Numbered from the stretch's first letter, positions 12,799 through 27,841 are shown. The stretch: 64,000 nucleotides of DNA from Bigelowiella natans CCMP2755 (GCA_000320545.1 ADNK01003121.1:1-64000); one strand, 5' to 3'. Notes: generated by a model from the letters alone, not told the origin. A program made the numbers and translations.

Positions 12799-13374
12799 GA
12801 TGCCGGAAATGTTCGCTCAAAATCAAAGTAGTCCAAGCAGCGAATCGACACAACCCTTTCCCCCCACCCATTACACAAGGCAGAAACACACATCTCGCCA
12901 TCATAAACACGCCTCCGGAGACAAAATAGCCTCATTAGCCGCTACCTCTTTGCTAGCCCTGCCTTTTGCCATGGAAATAACCTACCCAAAAAAATGACAT
13001 ATTGATAAATAAATACTCATAAAGGTAATAATTATGCATGCTGTGTAAAGTATCATTCAGAAGTCTATTCGATGGGATATCTCTTATTTGTGGAGGAAGG
13101 TGATAGTTGTATCTTTGCACCATAGTTAGTTCAATGCCTCACCCGCAAGAGTTGGCTAATCTGAAGTGCCAGTTTGCTGCACAATGCTGCAACATCGAAA
13201 CAGTAAGAATGTCAAACAAGCCACTGCTTTCTGCCTGGCCTATTTGTTAGTCACGACAGCTGCACAAAAGGAAAGAATCCGTATTGTTTTTTCTTCACTG
13301 TTTAACCTGAGCAGTACGCGTAGTTGCTTTCGAGCTTTGTCATCTGAATTGAGAATATATCATTCTATTTCCCC

Positions 13375-13425
<51 letters not shown>

Positions 13426-15147
13426 TTGGGACCTCAGCTACTACCGTGAGATCTGGTGTGGTTGACACAAATGCACGTATTGCTTCGAGTGCCTAGCATA
13501 GCATTCAAGATAAACGAATAACCGCAACAAAACACGAACGAGTAGAAGATCGATGGACAAATGCGACGCGAAAGCAGGGTAGGGCTGGCTGCTGCTACCT
13601 TGGTAGGAACTGCTTTTGCATCTCGTGAGTCAAACTTCGTTGCGCGTATTACCAATTCAGCAATTGCCGGGATGATGCTGCCACTTTGCGTGTTCTCCAT
13701 CCTTAAAGCCTTTTCCCTATATAAGCGCCGGTGTTTGTCATGACGATGTTTGGTAATAATCAATATCATCGTGGTTGACCAGGCCTGTGGAGACTGATCT
13801 GCGGCGGTCTCAAACTGGAGGAGTAGCGATGCCAATGCCTTCCCAGGCTGTTGCGTAGAAGAAACACCAACAAAAGACAACATGTGGAAAAATTTATCAA
13901 GCATTATCAGCCATGAACTCTGCAGCCAACCCTCACTTTCCTGATGTGTCAAGTGCAAACTTCAGCATATTTTTTTTCAAAGATATAAATATTTTGGACT
14001 TGAACATAAAAAACCCGACTGCATTTCCTCCCCATTTACACCATCACCATAGGAATGACCAAAAAGTCTACTAAAACAAAAAGTGCATCTGATCGATGAA
14101 AAGCAAGTAATTGTTACATCGGATCTGATGTCTTCCGCTGTGACGCATAACTCAAGATCGCCATCAACCACTGCCAAATTATACATCCAATGCCATCAAA
14201 ATAAACACGTTGAAATTATTTCGAAAAATTGCAATCGATTTGAAACCCCCCCCCAATGTGAAACCAGGCACAATGACAGCCAACCACTGATATTTGTTTA
14301 AATAAGAAAAATAAATGTAGAAAATTAAAAACGTACAACAAAATTGAGAGAAAACTGTCTGTAGGAAGTCGAGAGCCTCCTCATCACCGCCGCTCTATTA
14401 GAGCAATAATACAAAAATAAAGGGATTAACAGAATTGAAACGACTCGTTGTTTCTTGCAAAGATATTGGAACTAATCGCCAAATCGCCACTTATTTTGCA
14501 TTCAGCCCTGTGCAACACTACAATGCACTACCTTCTTCGCAATTCGGATAAAACTTGGTCCTGACGACGAAGGGTTTTTGCCTGAAAATCGCAGCAGGAT
14601 TAGTTACCATGAAAGTGTTAGTTTCCGCGCTCGTCATTCGTATGAGTGAGAAGTTGATGCAAGCAAATTTTTGTATCACCCTCCCTCGCCCCCCCTCTCC
14701 TTCCCTTACTATTTTTTGGCCATTGGCACACGCGAGACAGGCAGCGAGCGGACTGACAAACAAAAGATAATGTAGAATGTGAGAGATGAGAGAGATATAT
14801 ATGATGTTGCTGCATAGTGAAGGGGGGGGGGGAAGGAAAGGGAGGGATTGCAAAATGGAGTTAAATCCTCCATCCAACAGTAGCTTATCATACCTGTACA
14901 CATTTGCTCGAGCGATCTTTGGTCTGATCATCGCTCTTTGCAGATGTCGTTTTTGATGATGAAGAAGAGTCTCCTTTATACTGCCAAGCAAAAGCAGAAA
15001 GCAGCAGCATTGTTGGGGAGAGTACGTACACATGTATAAATCTCAGGCACTAAAGAAACGTGGGGCCACCAATGAAACATGATACTGTACAACCCACGTG
15101 CGCGTATCAACAAACGATCAAGCGCGCTAGCAAACACACACACACAA

Positions 15148-15190
<43 letters not shown>

Positions 15191-16732
15191 ATCTGATAAC
15201 GGAATACCTCAGGAGTATTCAATACGGTCTCTACAAACGACGCTACGGTGGTTGACAACTATTATGGAAGAGGGGACGAGGGACGGGGTTGGGGGGGGGA
15301 CAACGAAGAATCCGATTAATATTGCACCGCCCCAGCCAATAAGCGCAAGAAGACCATGATTTAAGACAACAACAATAACAACAACAACAACTATAACGAG
15401 AACTGATACTACAACTACAACTACTAAATTCTGCTTATTTGAACGTCTCATCCTAATCTAACCAGTAGATAGTAGTATAAGTTTCCTTATGAATTTTCTT
15501 CGAATCTGGATTTCTCCAACAACTCCTATTCCTCCTCCTCCTCCTCCTCCTCCTACTACTACTGCTATCACCGTGATCTGAAGCTGCTTTGGCTGTGTGA
15601 AGAGGGTCTTGAGAAGCATCATTCCCACGTTTATAGGCTGCTTCTGTAGAAACACATGTCTATTGCTTTTGGAATTTCGGTGGATAGGGGAGGGGGGGTG
15701 GAGAGAGAGGAGATTGGAAAGCATCTACCCTCAAACAGATGACGTTTGACAAAATAAACAAGTGTGTCACGAATTAAGTTTTAGGTTTCCTCTTGCTTCG
15801 TAGCCCTTCTCACAGCTGTGAGGAGGCAATTACCATATTCGCAGCTTCTAGTGATGTCGCTATGGATCTGTCCATCTTATTGTTGGAAGGTGAATGAGGA
15901 GTTGTAGGAGTATTGGTTGTTTGTTTGGTAACGCTGTGATCTGTTGATGGAATAGAAGCGACGATAATCGCCCCCCCCCCCCCCCTCCCCTCTTTCCCCA
16001 TTCGTGTAAGTTTTTGGTTGACAAGTGATAAGTAGATGCGTATTCTACCTCATCCTTGTTATGGATGAGCAGCATCAACAGGGTAACTGCGAGGGTTCTG
16101 AGAGGAGAGAGGGGGGATGGGGGGGTAGTAGCGTGTACGTCAGTAACCATGTGCGGTGCGTGCAAGATGCAAGAGGCATCACGACACTACTTAACTGCCA
16201 CTCGGAGCGTGAATGCCTTACAGAGAGTTTCTCACGATGTTGCTTGTCTATATGGAGAAGCCTGGTATTGATGTTTGTGTTCTTTCCTTCTTCCCTACTG
16301 CCCTGCCGCTGCTCCTGCTGCTGCTGCTGCTGCAACACTTCCATGTCCAATGATGACGCCGCTATGAGGTCATCGACGTATTTTGGATCGTAGGCGATCT
16401 GACTGATGTGCTCGACGAAGTTCCTTGCCCCCTGGTCAATTAATCGCCAAGGTAAGTAACTCTGTGGCAGCCAACCGTGGCAAATACTGTGGGATCTTTT
16501 ACGATAGTGTTTGCACATGCATATCGTGGCTCAGTTTCGACACATTCTTTGCTACGGGCTGTGCTGCTTACCGCTTTGTTGATAGTGGTGGGAGAGCAGT
16601 GCAGCAGCACTCGTAACGCTACCTGCATTCCAACCCACAAGACCTGGAAAACACAACCAACGTCGTAATTTATGGCTAGTGTGAGGAAGGGCATCGAATT
16701 AGTGTGAGGATCATGAATGGTAGTAATAGGAG

Positions 16733-16766
<34 letters not shown>

Positions 16767-16839
16767 TAGTAGTTAGTGCAAGTAGAAGCTGCAGTAGTAA
16801 CAGTTACTGGTCAACAATGTTTGAAAGCTCACTATACAC

Positions 16840-16879
<40 letters not shown>

Positions 16880-16944
16880 GCGCGCGCGCACACAACCGTA
16901 ATAACACATGAGCTTCAACATTATCAATGTGTGTGGCTGTCAAT

Positions 16945-16983
<39 letters not shown>

Positions 16984-17671
16984 CAATTATATTTACATGT
17001 GGGTGTGATCGCAAGGCCGTCTTTTTGCTCAGAATCGATAGCATTGGCGCCATACCCTATCCCCCACGCACACAAACAAGCAACAACCGGACAACACCAT
17101 ATTAAAAGCATCAACATATAGATTTTGTACTCGACGGTTGGTAAGCCAAAAACCATGAGCAAGAAATACATGCATAAAAGAGAAATATCGTGCTATTACG
17201 ATGTGTGTGAGCATCAGCTTAGAGCACTCCATCTGCTGAGCCGCATGGGAGGACATTGGTGATGACGACGACGATCGAGCGGCGCGAGAAGGTGAAACGG
17301 GGCCGTCCTCCTGAGCAACACGATTCAGTCTTTCGTTAAATATCACATCCTATCACTGCCAATGGGAATGGGAGGCGCGACTCGCGCGATTTCTCTGCTT
17401 AGCTGCGGCCATGGATGGACAGCTGGAACAGCATGCGAAGGCAATCAATGTCCATTCGTACTACCACCAAAGAGCTCAGTCTTGGCATGATTTGCTTCGG
17501 CTTAATTCCCAGAACCGCAGCCAGCACTCGCGCGGCGAGGAAAACGTACTCGAATTCTCTCGTTCTGTATGCATGCAACAATTCGCGGTCAACACGTTTC
17601 CCCACTGCACGATGGATATCAATGCTTGAGGAGGATGCCAAAAAACAAGGAGAGCTACAAGCAAAAGTTGT

Positions 17672-17721
<50 letters not shown>

Positions 17722-19600
17722 TGAACGATATACCCTGTTTGGAGACTTTTCCCGCTAATCGAAGTGCTCGCTGATGCAGTAGCAAAACAACACAAACCGG
17801 CATTGACTCAATGTAGTAGACAAACAGCGCACGAAAGCTCAAATCAGAGAAACACCAGATGGGCATCGAATCAACTAAAACCTGACACTGATGACGATGC
17901 TGCTGCTACTGCTGCTGCTGCTGCTGCTGCAGCTGATGGTGATGATGATGGATGATCGATAATGGTGATGATGATGTCGTCGATGTTGCTCTTCATCCCA
18001 TCCAGAAGCGGTGGATGATAAAATCGACAATAATAAATAGTAATACCTTTACTGAAAATCATCATGAGGAAATGCCCGAGTTCGCCTATTACCCAAAGAA
18101 ACGCAAAAAATCATACACAAACACACACACATACGCACACGCACACACACACGCACGCTTATAGTCTCCCTGTTCTCATCCCCTCTCTTCTATGCACACG
18201 CAGTTGGCTAATAACGCGCTGATGTTTGCCGGTGTGCGCTAATTTTCTGTTCGGAAAAGAAGTACACCTTTTGATTCAAAAGCCCACTTTTGAATCTTCT
18301 CGAGCCCTCCCTTCTCCTCCATCTATCATCATCATCACCATCATAGTACTATGAGCGTGATCTAAGCCACAACGCAACAGGTACGGGTGGAAAAGTTACT
18401 GCAACAACTGCAACAACTGCAACAACTGCAACAACTGCAACAACTGCAACAACTGCAACAATTCAATCATGGGAGTAGTAATAGTGGAAATCATCCTGGA
18501 CAGTACTGAAAGCACTGATGATTCTCATCTAGCGACAGGGCATATTTTCACAATATATGTATGTATGTCAGTATGTATATACATGTATATTACAAATTGA
18601 TCGGATTCGATCTTAAGATATCAAACGAAAATGTAGGAATGTTCCGTGATTTCCTCTTTTATTCCGTTTGTTTCTGCACGTGGTTGGCTGGTGGTTCAGC
18701 CAGTGCAATTTGGGCTTGCTGTTGGAGATGGGGGGGAGGGGGGAGGGAGGGGGGCAGTCTATCTTGTAGCCTGGCATTACGATGAAAACAACGTCCTGCA
18801 GCAACACTGGGCGCGTCGAGAGCGCCTCAATCGATGGCAAAGTCTAAAGACAGTAACACAGCAGCAAAGGAAGTGCCGGTTATGAGCTATGCGAGCGAGA
18901 GTGATTCCTGGCGTTGTCGCGCTATGGTAAACACAACGAAACAATCGTGCTCTGCACCTTAGGTCTCGGAACGGGGATGTTGTAGTACGGCGGCTTCGGG
19001 GCTGCACACACGCGCGTGTACGACTCGGGGAAATAACCCATCTTGCTATTAGCTAAGGGAGGTCAAAAATAAAGCATTATGAGTTTTTCGGTGTATGTGC
19101 GGATGAACATGTGCGCACGCCCCAAACACACACGCGGAGACTTGTCGGAAGTCAGGCTTGACTCCTCAAAAGGGGGAAACGATATTTGACTTGATCTATT
19201 TGCTCCTCCTTGCTTTCTTTGCGGTGTGCATGGTATATTTGTGGTGCAAGCCGATTATCCTGACCTGCTTCAACCATCTTTTTATTCCTCCTCACGACAC
19301 GGCCTTTTGCCCAGCCTGACGACGATCACGCATACAGTTGCTTATAAGGGCACGAAGACTGGATGGTGGGGGGGGGGGGGGGGGGAGGGGGGACTCATCC
19401 CTGCGGTTTAAGAAAATAACTGCTTTGCGTTGAGCTGTGATAACCTCTCGCATGATGGGAGTGGATGTATACTACGTCGCCTTTCTCCAATGAGAGCTGC
19501 CGCTCTGCTGCATTTCCTGAGGGTTGACGGTGATGATAGCCACCGATGATAAAGTTAACTGAAACATGTTCGTGTGTGCTCATATGTTCATTTGTGCGTG

Positions 19601-19650
<50 letters not shown>

Positions 19651-21100
19651 CGCGCGCCACGATAACGAAAATATACGTTGCCTCACAAAGGTTGGAACTA
19701 AATGACGGATTTGAATAATAATAGAGTGTATTATGAGAGAAATGAATCGGTTTCTGTATTAGTTTTACCTTCATACTTGAACATAACCTTGCAGTAATCC
19801 TTCGAGGATACACAAGCACACGCACAAAAAGAGCACGGATGAACGAAGACGGTCTACGTTACGTGAACAGAACGATGCTAATGATGACGCCTCGTCTGTA
19901 CCTTTTTGAAGACGTCGTTTTTGTGCTGCTCCTTAATTTTCCGAATAAACATGTCCACTTCTTTTCCGCGGGTATTCTTGTCAGAGATAAGCCAATCAAC
20001 GCACATCACCATCATCATTATCACCATCGTCTACCGCTTTTCATATTGGTGCGTGCTTGCGCGTGAGAATATAGTGTGTATACGTGTGTGTGTGTGTATG
20101 TGTGTGCAATTTTTACGAAGAAAGTGGGAAGCTGTACATTTACATTTCTATGCGCAATACTGCTACTATTACCACTACTACTACTACTGCTGCTACTATT
20201 ACTACTACTCCTCTATAATAATGGCCACCCACCGCTGCCGTTTCCAGAGAGACGAGAAGTTCCTTGAACGATACTGCTCCGTCCTTTTCATGTGGTACAC
20301 GGTTAGGTTTAATATGAGCAACATATGCTCTAAAACCTCTGCTTCTCTCAGGCATTGTCACTCTACGATAGACACTACCGCATCTTAAAACAACAACAAC
20401 ACCTTATTTTTGTCGTATTTTCGAACGAGATCCTCCAGGCCAACCTCTATAGCTTCGCTGCATTGCACGTAGATCACATCCACCAAACAAATCAAATCCG
20501 TCACACAGTAAGTTAAAACACACATGCCTATGAAAATTCGAAAGTTTCTGGGGCATCTGCTGTAACGACAATATGGTATAATCCTCTGATATAATTTGGA
20601 TTTCGATGATAAGAATGAGAGTGCACATGGTGTGATGATGGTAATGATGCTGATGGTGCCCGTTGAAAATATTCCGTGCTTTTTCAAATCCTTCATATTT
20701 TGGATTTTTGGATGCATATCCCAAAATAAAACACGAAAAAAACCCAGAGGGGGGGATGGGGCACGTACGTGTTGGAGATAACTCCGTTCCGATCTACGTC
20801 AATACTTCCAAACCAGGCCTAAAAAGGTTAATCAAATGTGTTAGGGTAGTTACTTCTTTGTCAAATGTATAAATAACGGTACTGTAAGGGCTTCAAGCTC
20901 ATCTTTGTCCCATTCGTGGGTAGAGTGAACGTGTTGCATTTTGTATCCTGGCAATAGATGTCAACGCCCCAGCCAGCGGCAAGACGGCGTTTCCCGATTT
21001 TGAGCGCCTCTAGAAGATATGCTGTGCAACTAGGAAGGTATGGACGTCCCGATGAAGGAGCCAAGGAAGCAGCTCCAGAGGCCAAGTCGAAATTCAAGGG
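10180..21100 (-). CDS. Large multi-exon gene (possibly two adjacent genes): N-terminal SH3 domain, C-terminal divergent Rap/Ral-GAP-like region
   Basis: SH3 assembled from exons ~19010-19805: DYCKVMFKYEGNAAERQLSLEKGDVVYIHSHHARGWAKGRVV...KMGYFPESYTR. Exons ~12000-12980 read VISMAKGRASKE / LFGRASTEQISKFFQ / IRGYCGGLDGRFG / LVQFH, which resembles the RapGAP motif order. Many further minus-strand GT-AG exons. The 5' boundary is uncertain. Confidence 0.55.
18399..18461. repeat. 9-bp tandem minisatellite (CTGCAACAA) x ~7, intronic
   Basis: Directly visible tandem units. Confidence 0.9.
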
Positions 21101-21188
21101 ATTGATTCGGAGGGGAGGCGGAAGAGGACAACCGAGAGAACGAATCAAAGAGAGAAGCCACAAATCAAGAAATGAAGCCGATATCTAG

Positions 21189-23161
21189 ATGACGACTTGG
21201 GTAAATCGGAATGTCGCAAGATATATGACGAACAGTTGGCATTTCTTCTCTGCGACATCAGTTGTACACTTATAAACAACTATCCCGGTTTGGTCCGAAT
21301 TGTAACAGACGTTATTTTTTCAATTTTTCCTTGCGACAAGGAAATTTATCCTTTTATCGAATTAATTGTGTCCATTTCGCTGGTAATCAACGAGTGAGTA
21401 CTATCCCTTCCCGGCCCTCGTAAAGCCTCGTAAGGGACGCAGAAGGGGGAACGATCTTGGAGCTTCTTTCTCACTTCCAGAGAACAACATGAGCTTACCA
21501 CGTAAGGAAAACACAAATAAGAACACAAAATTGTGTTGATGCTTTAGCGAGTCCTCATGTAAACCACTACTTTCTATGGTGCGAGTTGGCTTGTTGCTGT
21601 TCATCTTATCACACACACAAACACGCACAATGTTCTACTCGCAATCTGATCTTCATATGCTCGATTTGCTTAACTATGCAGGTATCGGCAGCATGAGACG
21701 TGCTGAGAGTCCAATCCCAGGGGTGAGAATGCCAATGAGTGAGGAGGAAAAACAACCCATTCTTTTCTCATGCTCTTCTTCTCTGAGAAGATGATTTATT
21801 TCTATGCCTCATCGATGTTCTCACTTTGTCTTCATTGCCACAACTCCTGCACCACCCCCGCCTTGCGAATCATTCTCTCAATAGGCTCGGAATTCATTGG
21901 GCAGAGTATCTTCTTTGCGACGATCTGGACTACAGTTACGTTGATATTTTCGCAAGTAACCCACCGTCTCTTGACAGTTGATACATCGTTTAATAGAATA
22001 TCCAACTCTCCTCGAAGCTCTCCCAGGAGTTCTCCAAAGCTGACACCAAGGCGCCTTAGCCATAACGTATGTGCTGGGGGGGGGGAGGAGACTTCGCCAG
22101 CTCTAATTTTTCTTCGAACTAATCAGCTAATTCATATCTTCTCGCGATTTTTATAACAAGTGCATACAAGCGTTGAAGGCAACGACGACGTTGATGTTGC
22201 TGCTACTAATGGCTTCTGCTTTTGCTCACATTTTCCGCATCTGCATTTTAGGTACGAATCGAAACGAACAGCCCTAGAATGAGCATGAGAGCGCTAAGAA
22301 CATCGGTAACAACAACTACACTCTGTGATGAAAAAACGAGGATTGATATGTGAGATTGATTTATGTTAGTACCGCCACCCATAAATGCAAGAGAAGCCTA
22401 TTCGCCCTGCAGAAACAGAATCCCCTCCCTATGCCTGCTCCCCTCCCCTCCCCTCTACCTGGATGGATTGATTGGTACTAACCACGGAAATATGATTAAT
22501 CTCAGCCTCCCAGCGACTCAGCGCTACAGAAAGATGCAAAGAGGTATGATGATAGCCTCGAAGCGCCAATAAGCAGTGATTTTATCCCCTCCAACCAATC
22601 ATTTCACCCAACGATGGCTATCGTACCCATATGTTGTTTTGTTTGCTCACCTCTGTTCCTCTCTCATCACAATGTAGCAGCGCAACTAATTCGCGACGAA
22701 GGGCGACCGAGAGGGCTCATAGCCTTCTGAGTCCTGGTGGGGGCAGGTATCTATCGTAGGCGTAGCAGTCTTCAAACATCGAATCAGCACTCTCGTTGCC
22801 TCCAAGATTCTGATGGAGAGATAAAAGCAATTTTACCATGCATCATTGATCTCTTCCTTCTTCGCAGATACAAGCCAGCCTCCCCGGCAAGAAGACTGTC
22901 AGAAAACACATCCTCTCAGTTTGGGTAATATGATACAGTACAATTCGACTTCGCATGTCAAGTGGAGGGGGGGGGGGGGGGAAGATGAGGGAGTGAGAGG
23001 AACAAGATGCGTCGAATCCGAGCCAAAGCTGTAGTAGTAGTTGTAGGTAGTAGTAGTAAGTAGGCCCCTCAATGGGAAAATGATCATCTTGATGCTGTTC
23101 CATTTATTTTAATAGGAAAATGTCGATTGGAGGGAACTCTGCCTCGAGGAGAAGGAGAGGT

Positions 23162-23203
<42 letters not shown>

Positions 23204-23421
23204 AGAATATGCATGCTAAGCTCAATAATATTGAGAATATGCATGCTAAGCTCAATAATATATTATATTTTTTAACCCTTGTGTTTCCCTATTATTTTGT
23301 AAATAACGCTATCCAATCTTATATTTTTTTTGGTACGTGACGCTATCTAGTCCTATATATGATGTACCGTTCTTTCCCAATTCTCGTGACCATGATACTG
23401 TTAACACGCTAAAAGCTCCTA

Positions 23422-23455
<34 letters not shown>

Positions 23456-23480
23456 AAAGAGCAATTGTGTAGTAAGTCTA

Positions 23481-23521
<41 letters not shown>

Positions 23522-23674
23522 TGGGAGCGTATCCCTAATTTGCACGTAACGGTGTTGTTGATAACCAAACTCAGGTCTCTTAGGTTCTCATTTAGCAGGT
23601 TGTATTATGATAACAACAAATACATGCACACGCGAGTTGTACGTGTGTGTTTAGGAATATGTGCAAGCCACATT

Positions 23675-23717
<43 letters not shown>

Positions 23718-24436
23718 TATTCCATTACAAACTATTTCGCCATGCATTGCGAGTATTAGCTTAATTGTTTCACATCACATCACTGCCATCGTTTCCACCC
23801 ACCACCCACCCATCCGTGCATCCATCCATTATCCTTAGAGAGGGGCAGCAGCAACAGCCCTAAATCCAACACCAATTCCCGGAATAACTCTCCTGCAAGG
23901 AGTTCCTTCAACGTGCCTTCTAGGCTGCGCACAGGTATCATTCATTCCCATGCGCACTCGGCCGAAGCTAGGCACCTGCTTTGCCGTCTTTCTATCTTGA
24001 AGATTCAGCACACCCGACATGGCTGCTTTTTGCAAGGGCGGGTGCTAATAGCGACATGATTGCCCTTGCTGTTTTTGTTGTTTTTGTTGTTGTTGTTGCT
24101 GCTGCTGCTGCAAAGGCTCGCCTTCTGGATGGAGGAGTGATTCCCGTAAAGGTAAACAACCGAGGCCTTTGCTTAGAAAAATAAAACGAAACAGAATCAC
24201 TCCCAAATGCACGTGTGGTTATCATAGAGATAGATGTACTCACGGCCTCCCCCTCGTTTGCCTCTGCTCCCCAAATTAAAACAGCCTCTCCTCACAAGAG
24301 AGCATCATCACCAGCTTCCTTCGGAAGGTCTGCAAGAGCTACTTTAGCTGTTCCAGGCCGCTCGAAAAGGGCCTCTTCCCCTGCGGCCTTGAAACGAAGT
24401 GCTTCCCCGGCTGCTTCAGGAAGTATTGAGAAATGA
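21189..24436 (+). CDS. Multi-exon low-complexity Ser/Arg/Pro-rich protein of unknown function
   Basis: Plus-strand exons flanked by AG/GT: ISNSPRSSPRSSPKLTPRRLSHN, NSPRMSMRALRTS, YKPASPARRLSEN, NSPKSNTNSRNNSPARSS. The terminal exon reads KRASSPASFGRS...KRASSPAALKRSASPAASGSIEK*. Start uncertain. Confidence 0.5.
23197..23259. repeat. Tandem duplication of a 30-bp unit with inverted ends, next to a (TA)n tract
   Basis: ATTGAGAATATGCATGCTAAGCTCAATAAT occurs twice in tandem. Each unit has (T)ATTGAG...CTCAAT(A) inverted ends. Confidence 0.85.
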
Positions 24437-24842
24437 ATAGCAACATATGCAAGCGCTAATTTGTCCTCGTTTTATAATGCTAAGATGCATGCGTTTTCCG
24501 CCGCCTTCTCGCCTAGATTATCCCCCCCCCTCACTCCTCCTATGCATACGATCGTTTCGTTTTTTAACAGTTTCTCTTTTTAAATGCACAACTGCAGGGC
24601 CGGGGCCATTAAGGACAATGAGCCTCGGGTGAATCGATTATTCCATTCTATGTTATTTTAGTAGAAAGCGATTGAGGAAGCTCCGAGGAATGATATAATC
24701 CCTGCTATGATAGCTAGATAGTAGAGGGGAAAGAAGGGAATTTTGCTTGCCATGCCAACCTGTGCTCGTCATAGTTAATTTTGCTTCAAAGGACTTCCAG
24801 TTCTTTAAACCGGATTTCCGATATCATCATGAACTATAATAT

Positions 24843-24875
<33 letters not shown>

Positions 24876-25153
24876 TGCATCATTGAAGTCATTAGCATGC
24901 ACATACTATCTAAAATTCCCTTAACTCACGGGCACTATTCGGGGTAAGTAACTTGAGGTAACATTCTCTGTTGGGTTGATCTGTCTTCTAAGGAGCCGGA
25001 TTATAAGAAAGGGGCAAGAAATGAATGGAGGGAAAACTCAACGGGTGACTGACTGCTGCTTTGCAGATCACCACATGCATGCCAAATGATCGTTGTAGTA
25101 TTTTTCTTCCTGTGAAGTCATCATTCATTTCGCTAACAAAACGGTTTTCCTCA

Positions 25154-25606
25154 GATGTTCAGCCTGTCCCAGTTTAAGTACATTATCCATCAATATGAGA
25201 GGTGTGTAGTAGTAGCTGGATCTCCTTCCCCTCCCGGTTTCTAGACGTCGTCACCATCATCATCGTCATCGCCATCGTCCTCTTCACCACCGTCACCATC
25301 CCTGTGGATTGATTGATATCCTAATCACGAATATAGTGAGCTCAAGACTGGAACAGATGGAACTGTTACAGAGTAAACCTGCAAACAAATTGCTGATATG
25401 ATTTGATGATGATGATAATGATGATGATGCAGCTATTAGAGAGACACACACGCACAAGCACACACACACGCACAAGCACACAGACGTTGTCTTTTGCCCG
25501 TCGCCGCCGCCGGCATTTCCTTTCTCTTCTTCTCATAAACTATTATTCAGGGATACGCTTATTGAGATCCTAATGGCGTTCGGCATGGACCACCAAACAG
25601 CCTTGT

Positions 25607-25648
<42 letters not shown>

Positions 25649-26795
25649 ACTTGTAGCCGCCAATCAAGTGAATACTGCCAATAAGTTCAAAGCGAAGTGC
25701 AAACAATTAACGTCGATTCTCTCAGCGATCATCGCTAAATCTGGGTCGATTCCGTTAATGTTTCTTGCCGTCGGAGTATTGCGATGTTCCATCATGCCTT
25801 TACAGCCAACTTATTATAGTCTATCTTGAATTCTGCTGCACAGTGAGGAGGCGCATTATTTCTTCGAGGTCAACGACGTCACTAGCAGCGGCGTGGTGAG
25901 AACACAAACATCATATAACTTGTCACATCGGTCTAGTAGTTCATCAAGTACCGTCGGGTGTCCTCACGACGGACGCTGCTAGTTGGGCAAGCACATCGCA
26001 ACGATTTGATTCCCCACCCGCTACAAAGGTTGACGTGGATGAGTTCTGCACCGAGTACGTGAAAAGACAGAATTTCAAGTACGTTGCCCCACCATCATGA
26101 TTGCGTCGCATCATAACGATGAGGCGCGAAATGGCATGTCTTCGTCTATTCGAATGGCGTGCCTTAAAATAAGCAATATACACTCCCTAACATTTACACC
26201 ACCGAAGCTCGATTTTCGTCATGTGGGGTGCACACGTTCCACACGCGCAAGTGTGATATTTGGATGGGAAAATGCACCTGTGGCCTTACTGTGATGATGA
26301 GCTGATGTTGCGCTGTACAGGCTGATCAATTGCATTCGCAAGAACTTCGTGCATATAGACGTGGATTCGAGCCATTCCATAGAGAAGGAGGTACTTAACT
26401 CCTAGTCACAACTTTGATAGATACCAATCGTCGCTGCTCTGTTGAAACCCCAAAGAGGGCAAGCATGGTCCTGCAGCCCGAGAATCGAATACATGTCCGG
26501 TCTTTTTTTCATCGGTCCATGAGCCCACCACGGATGGATTTGTTTTTATCTTTATCACAGGAGCTCATTCAAGTTTTGATGGGTGATACCGACTATAACT
26601 TCACTCATCACGAAGCCGTTGACCAGGTGGGTGCGGACGGCATAATATACACAAACTTGAGAGACAACAACCCTTCCCATTTCCTCTTTTATGCATTCTA
26701 GATGAAGTAGTTGTGTCGACAGTTTGGCAGGTTTTTCCTCCGCATCCCTGTTTGACTACAAAACACGCACGCACACGCACGCGAACACGAACACA

Positions 26796-26832
<37 letters not shown>

Positions 26833-27066
26833 GACTTGGCTCACCGATTGGGCTCGCTAACTATGTATAGACTTAGCCAGGTGGCTCACTGCTGCTACCT
26901 TTGGATTCCCCCCACTGTTACTTTCTCTTCTGTGAAATATGTAGGTGAAGATGATTTTCAAGGAGGTTGACGAGAATGGCGATGGTACTATGTAGAATAG
27001 GTTACGTTTCCTCTGTTTACCATGCTAATTCAGTGGTATGTGCTCAGCTTCATCCGCAGTGGTGTT

Positions 27067-27105
<39 letters not shown>

Positions 27106-27841
27106 CGGTTGTCACGCATTATCGTGTGCATATCATTTATTTCGCACTATTTCTCCTTCATCCTCTTCACTTGTTTCTTCTTCTTCTTCTTCTTCTTCTT
27201 CTTCTTCTTCTTCAGGAATGCTAACAATCGAAGAACTGGAGGACTGGTATGCTGCCGAGGCACTGAGAGCAAGAAAGAAAAGAGAACAGGTAGCCCTCCG
27301 TCCCTCTCTAAGATGTTAACTCAAATTTGGCGCCTTCTTCGTAATGGCTGCACTCCAAAATATACGCGATTGCTGGCATGTATGTGCATGAATACTGGCG
27401 ATTTGATTCGTGCACAAATCATAGGCAATATTAGCTCGAAGGCATTTCAGAATTGGACAAAAGTGTATGCAGGTGGACGCGCTTTATAGTTGCGGTGTAC
27501 AAGTCGTAGTAGAGTGTGTGTGTAAGGGAAGAGAATAATGACACTGGTATTATTGGCGTGAAGGTCCCGTCTCTCGTTGATATATCCTCCTATTCATCTC
27601 TCCGCTTTATCTCGCTTTCTTATCTCCCCACCCCTTCCCCTTTATCTATCTCATTGTTCCTCTTCCTTCTGTACGTCATAACTACGTACGTGCACGCACC
27701 CAACACCCAACGCAAAGCACAAAGCACACAGAAAGAAAGATTCTTTCCTCGCAAGTTGCTTATCCTCATACTATCGCTGCCTCCCTCCCCCTCCCTCCCT
27801 CTTTCAGCAAGTTCATAAGGAAAAGAAAGGAAGCCCCAAGG
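25154..27841 (+). CDS. EF-hand calcium-binding protein (calmodulin/calcineurin-B-like), multi-exon; ends approximate
   Basis: Exons read DTLIEILMAFGMD, EEAHYFFE, VDVDEFCTE, IRKNFVHIDVDSSHSIEKE|ELIQVLMG and VKMIFKEVDENGD|GMLTIEELEDW (canonical DxNGDGxLTxEE loop). Confidence 0.75.

Noticed and set aside
18399-18461. CRISPR-like array
   Set aside because: Spacer-less 9-bp tandem repeat in a eukaryotic intron.
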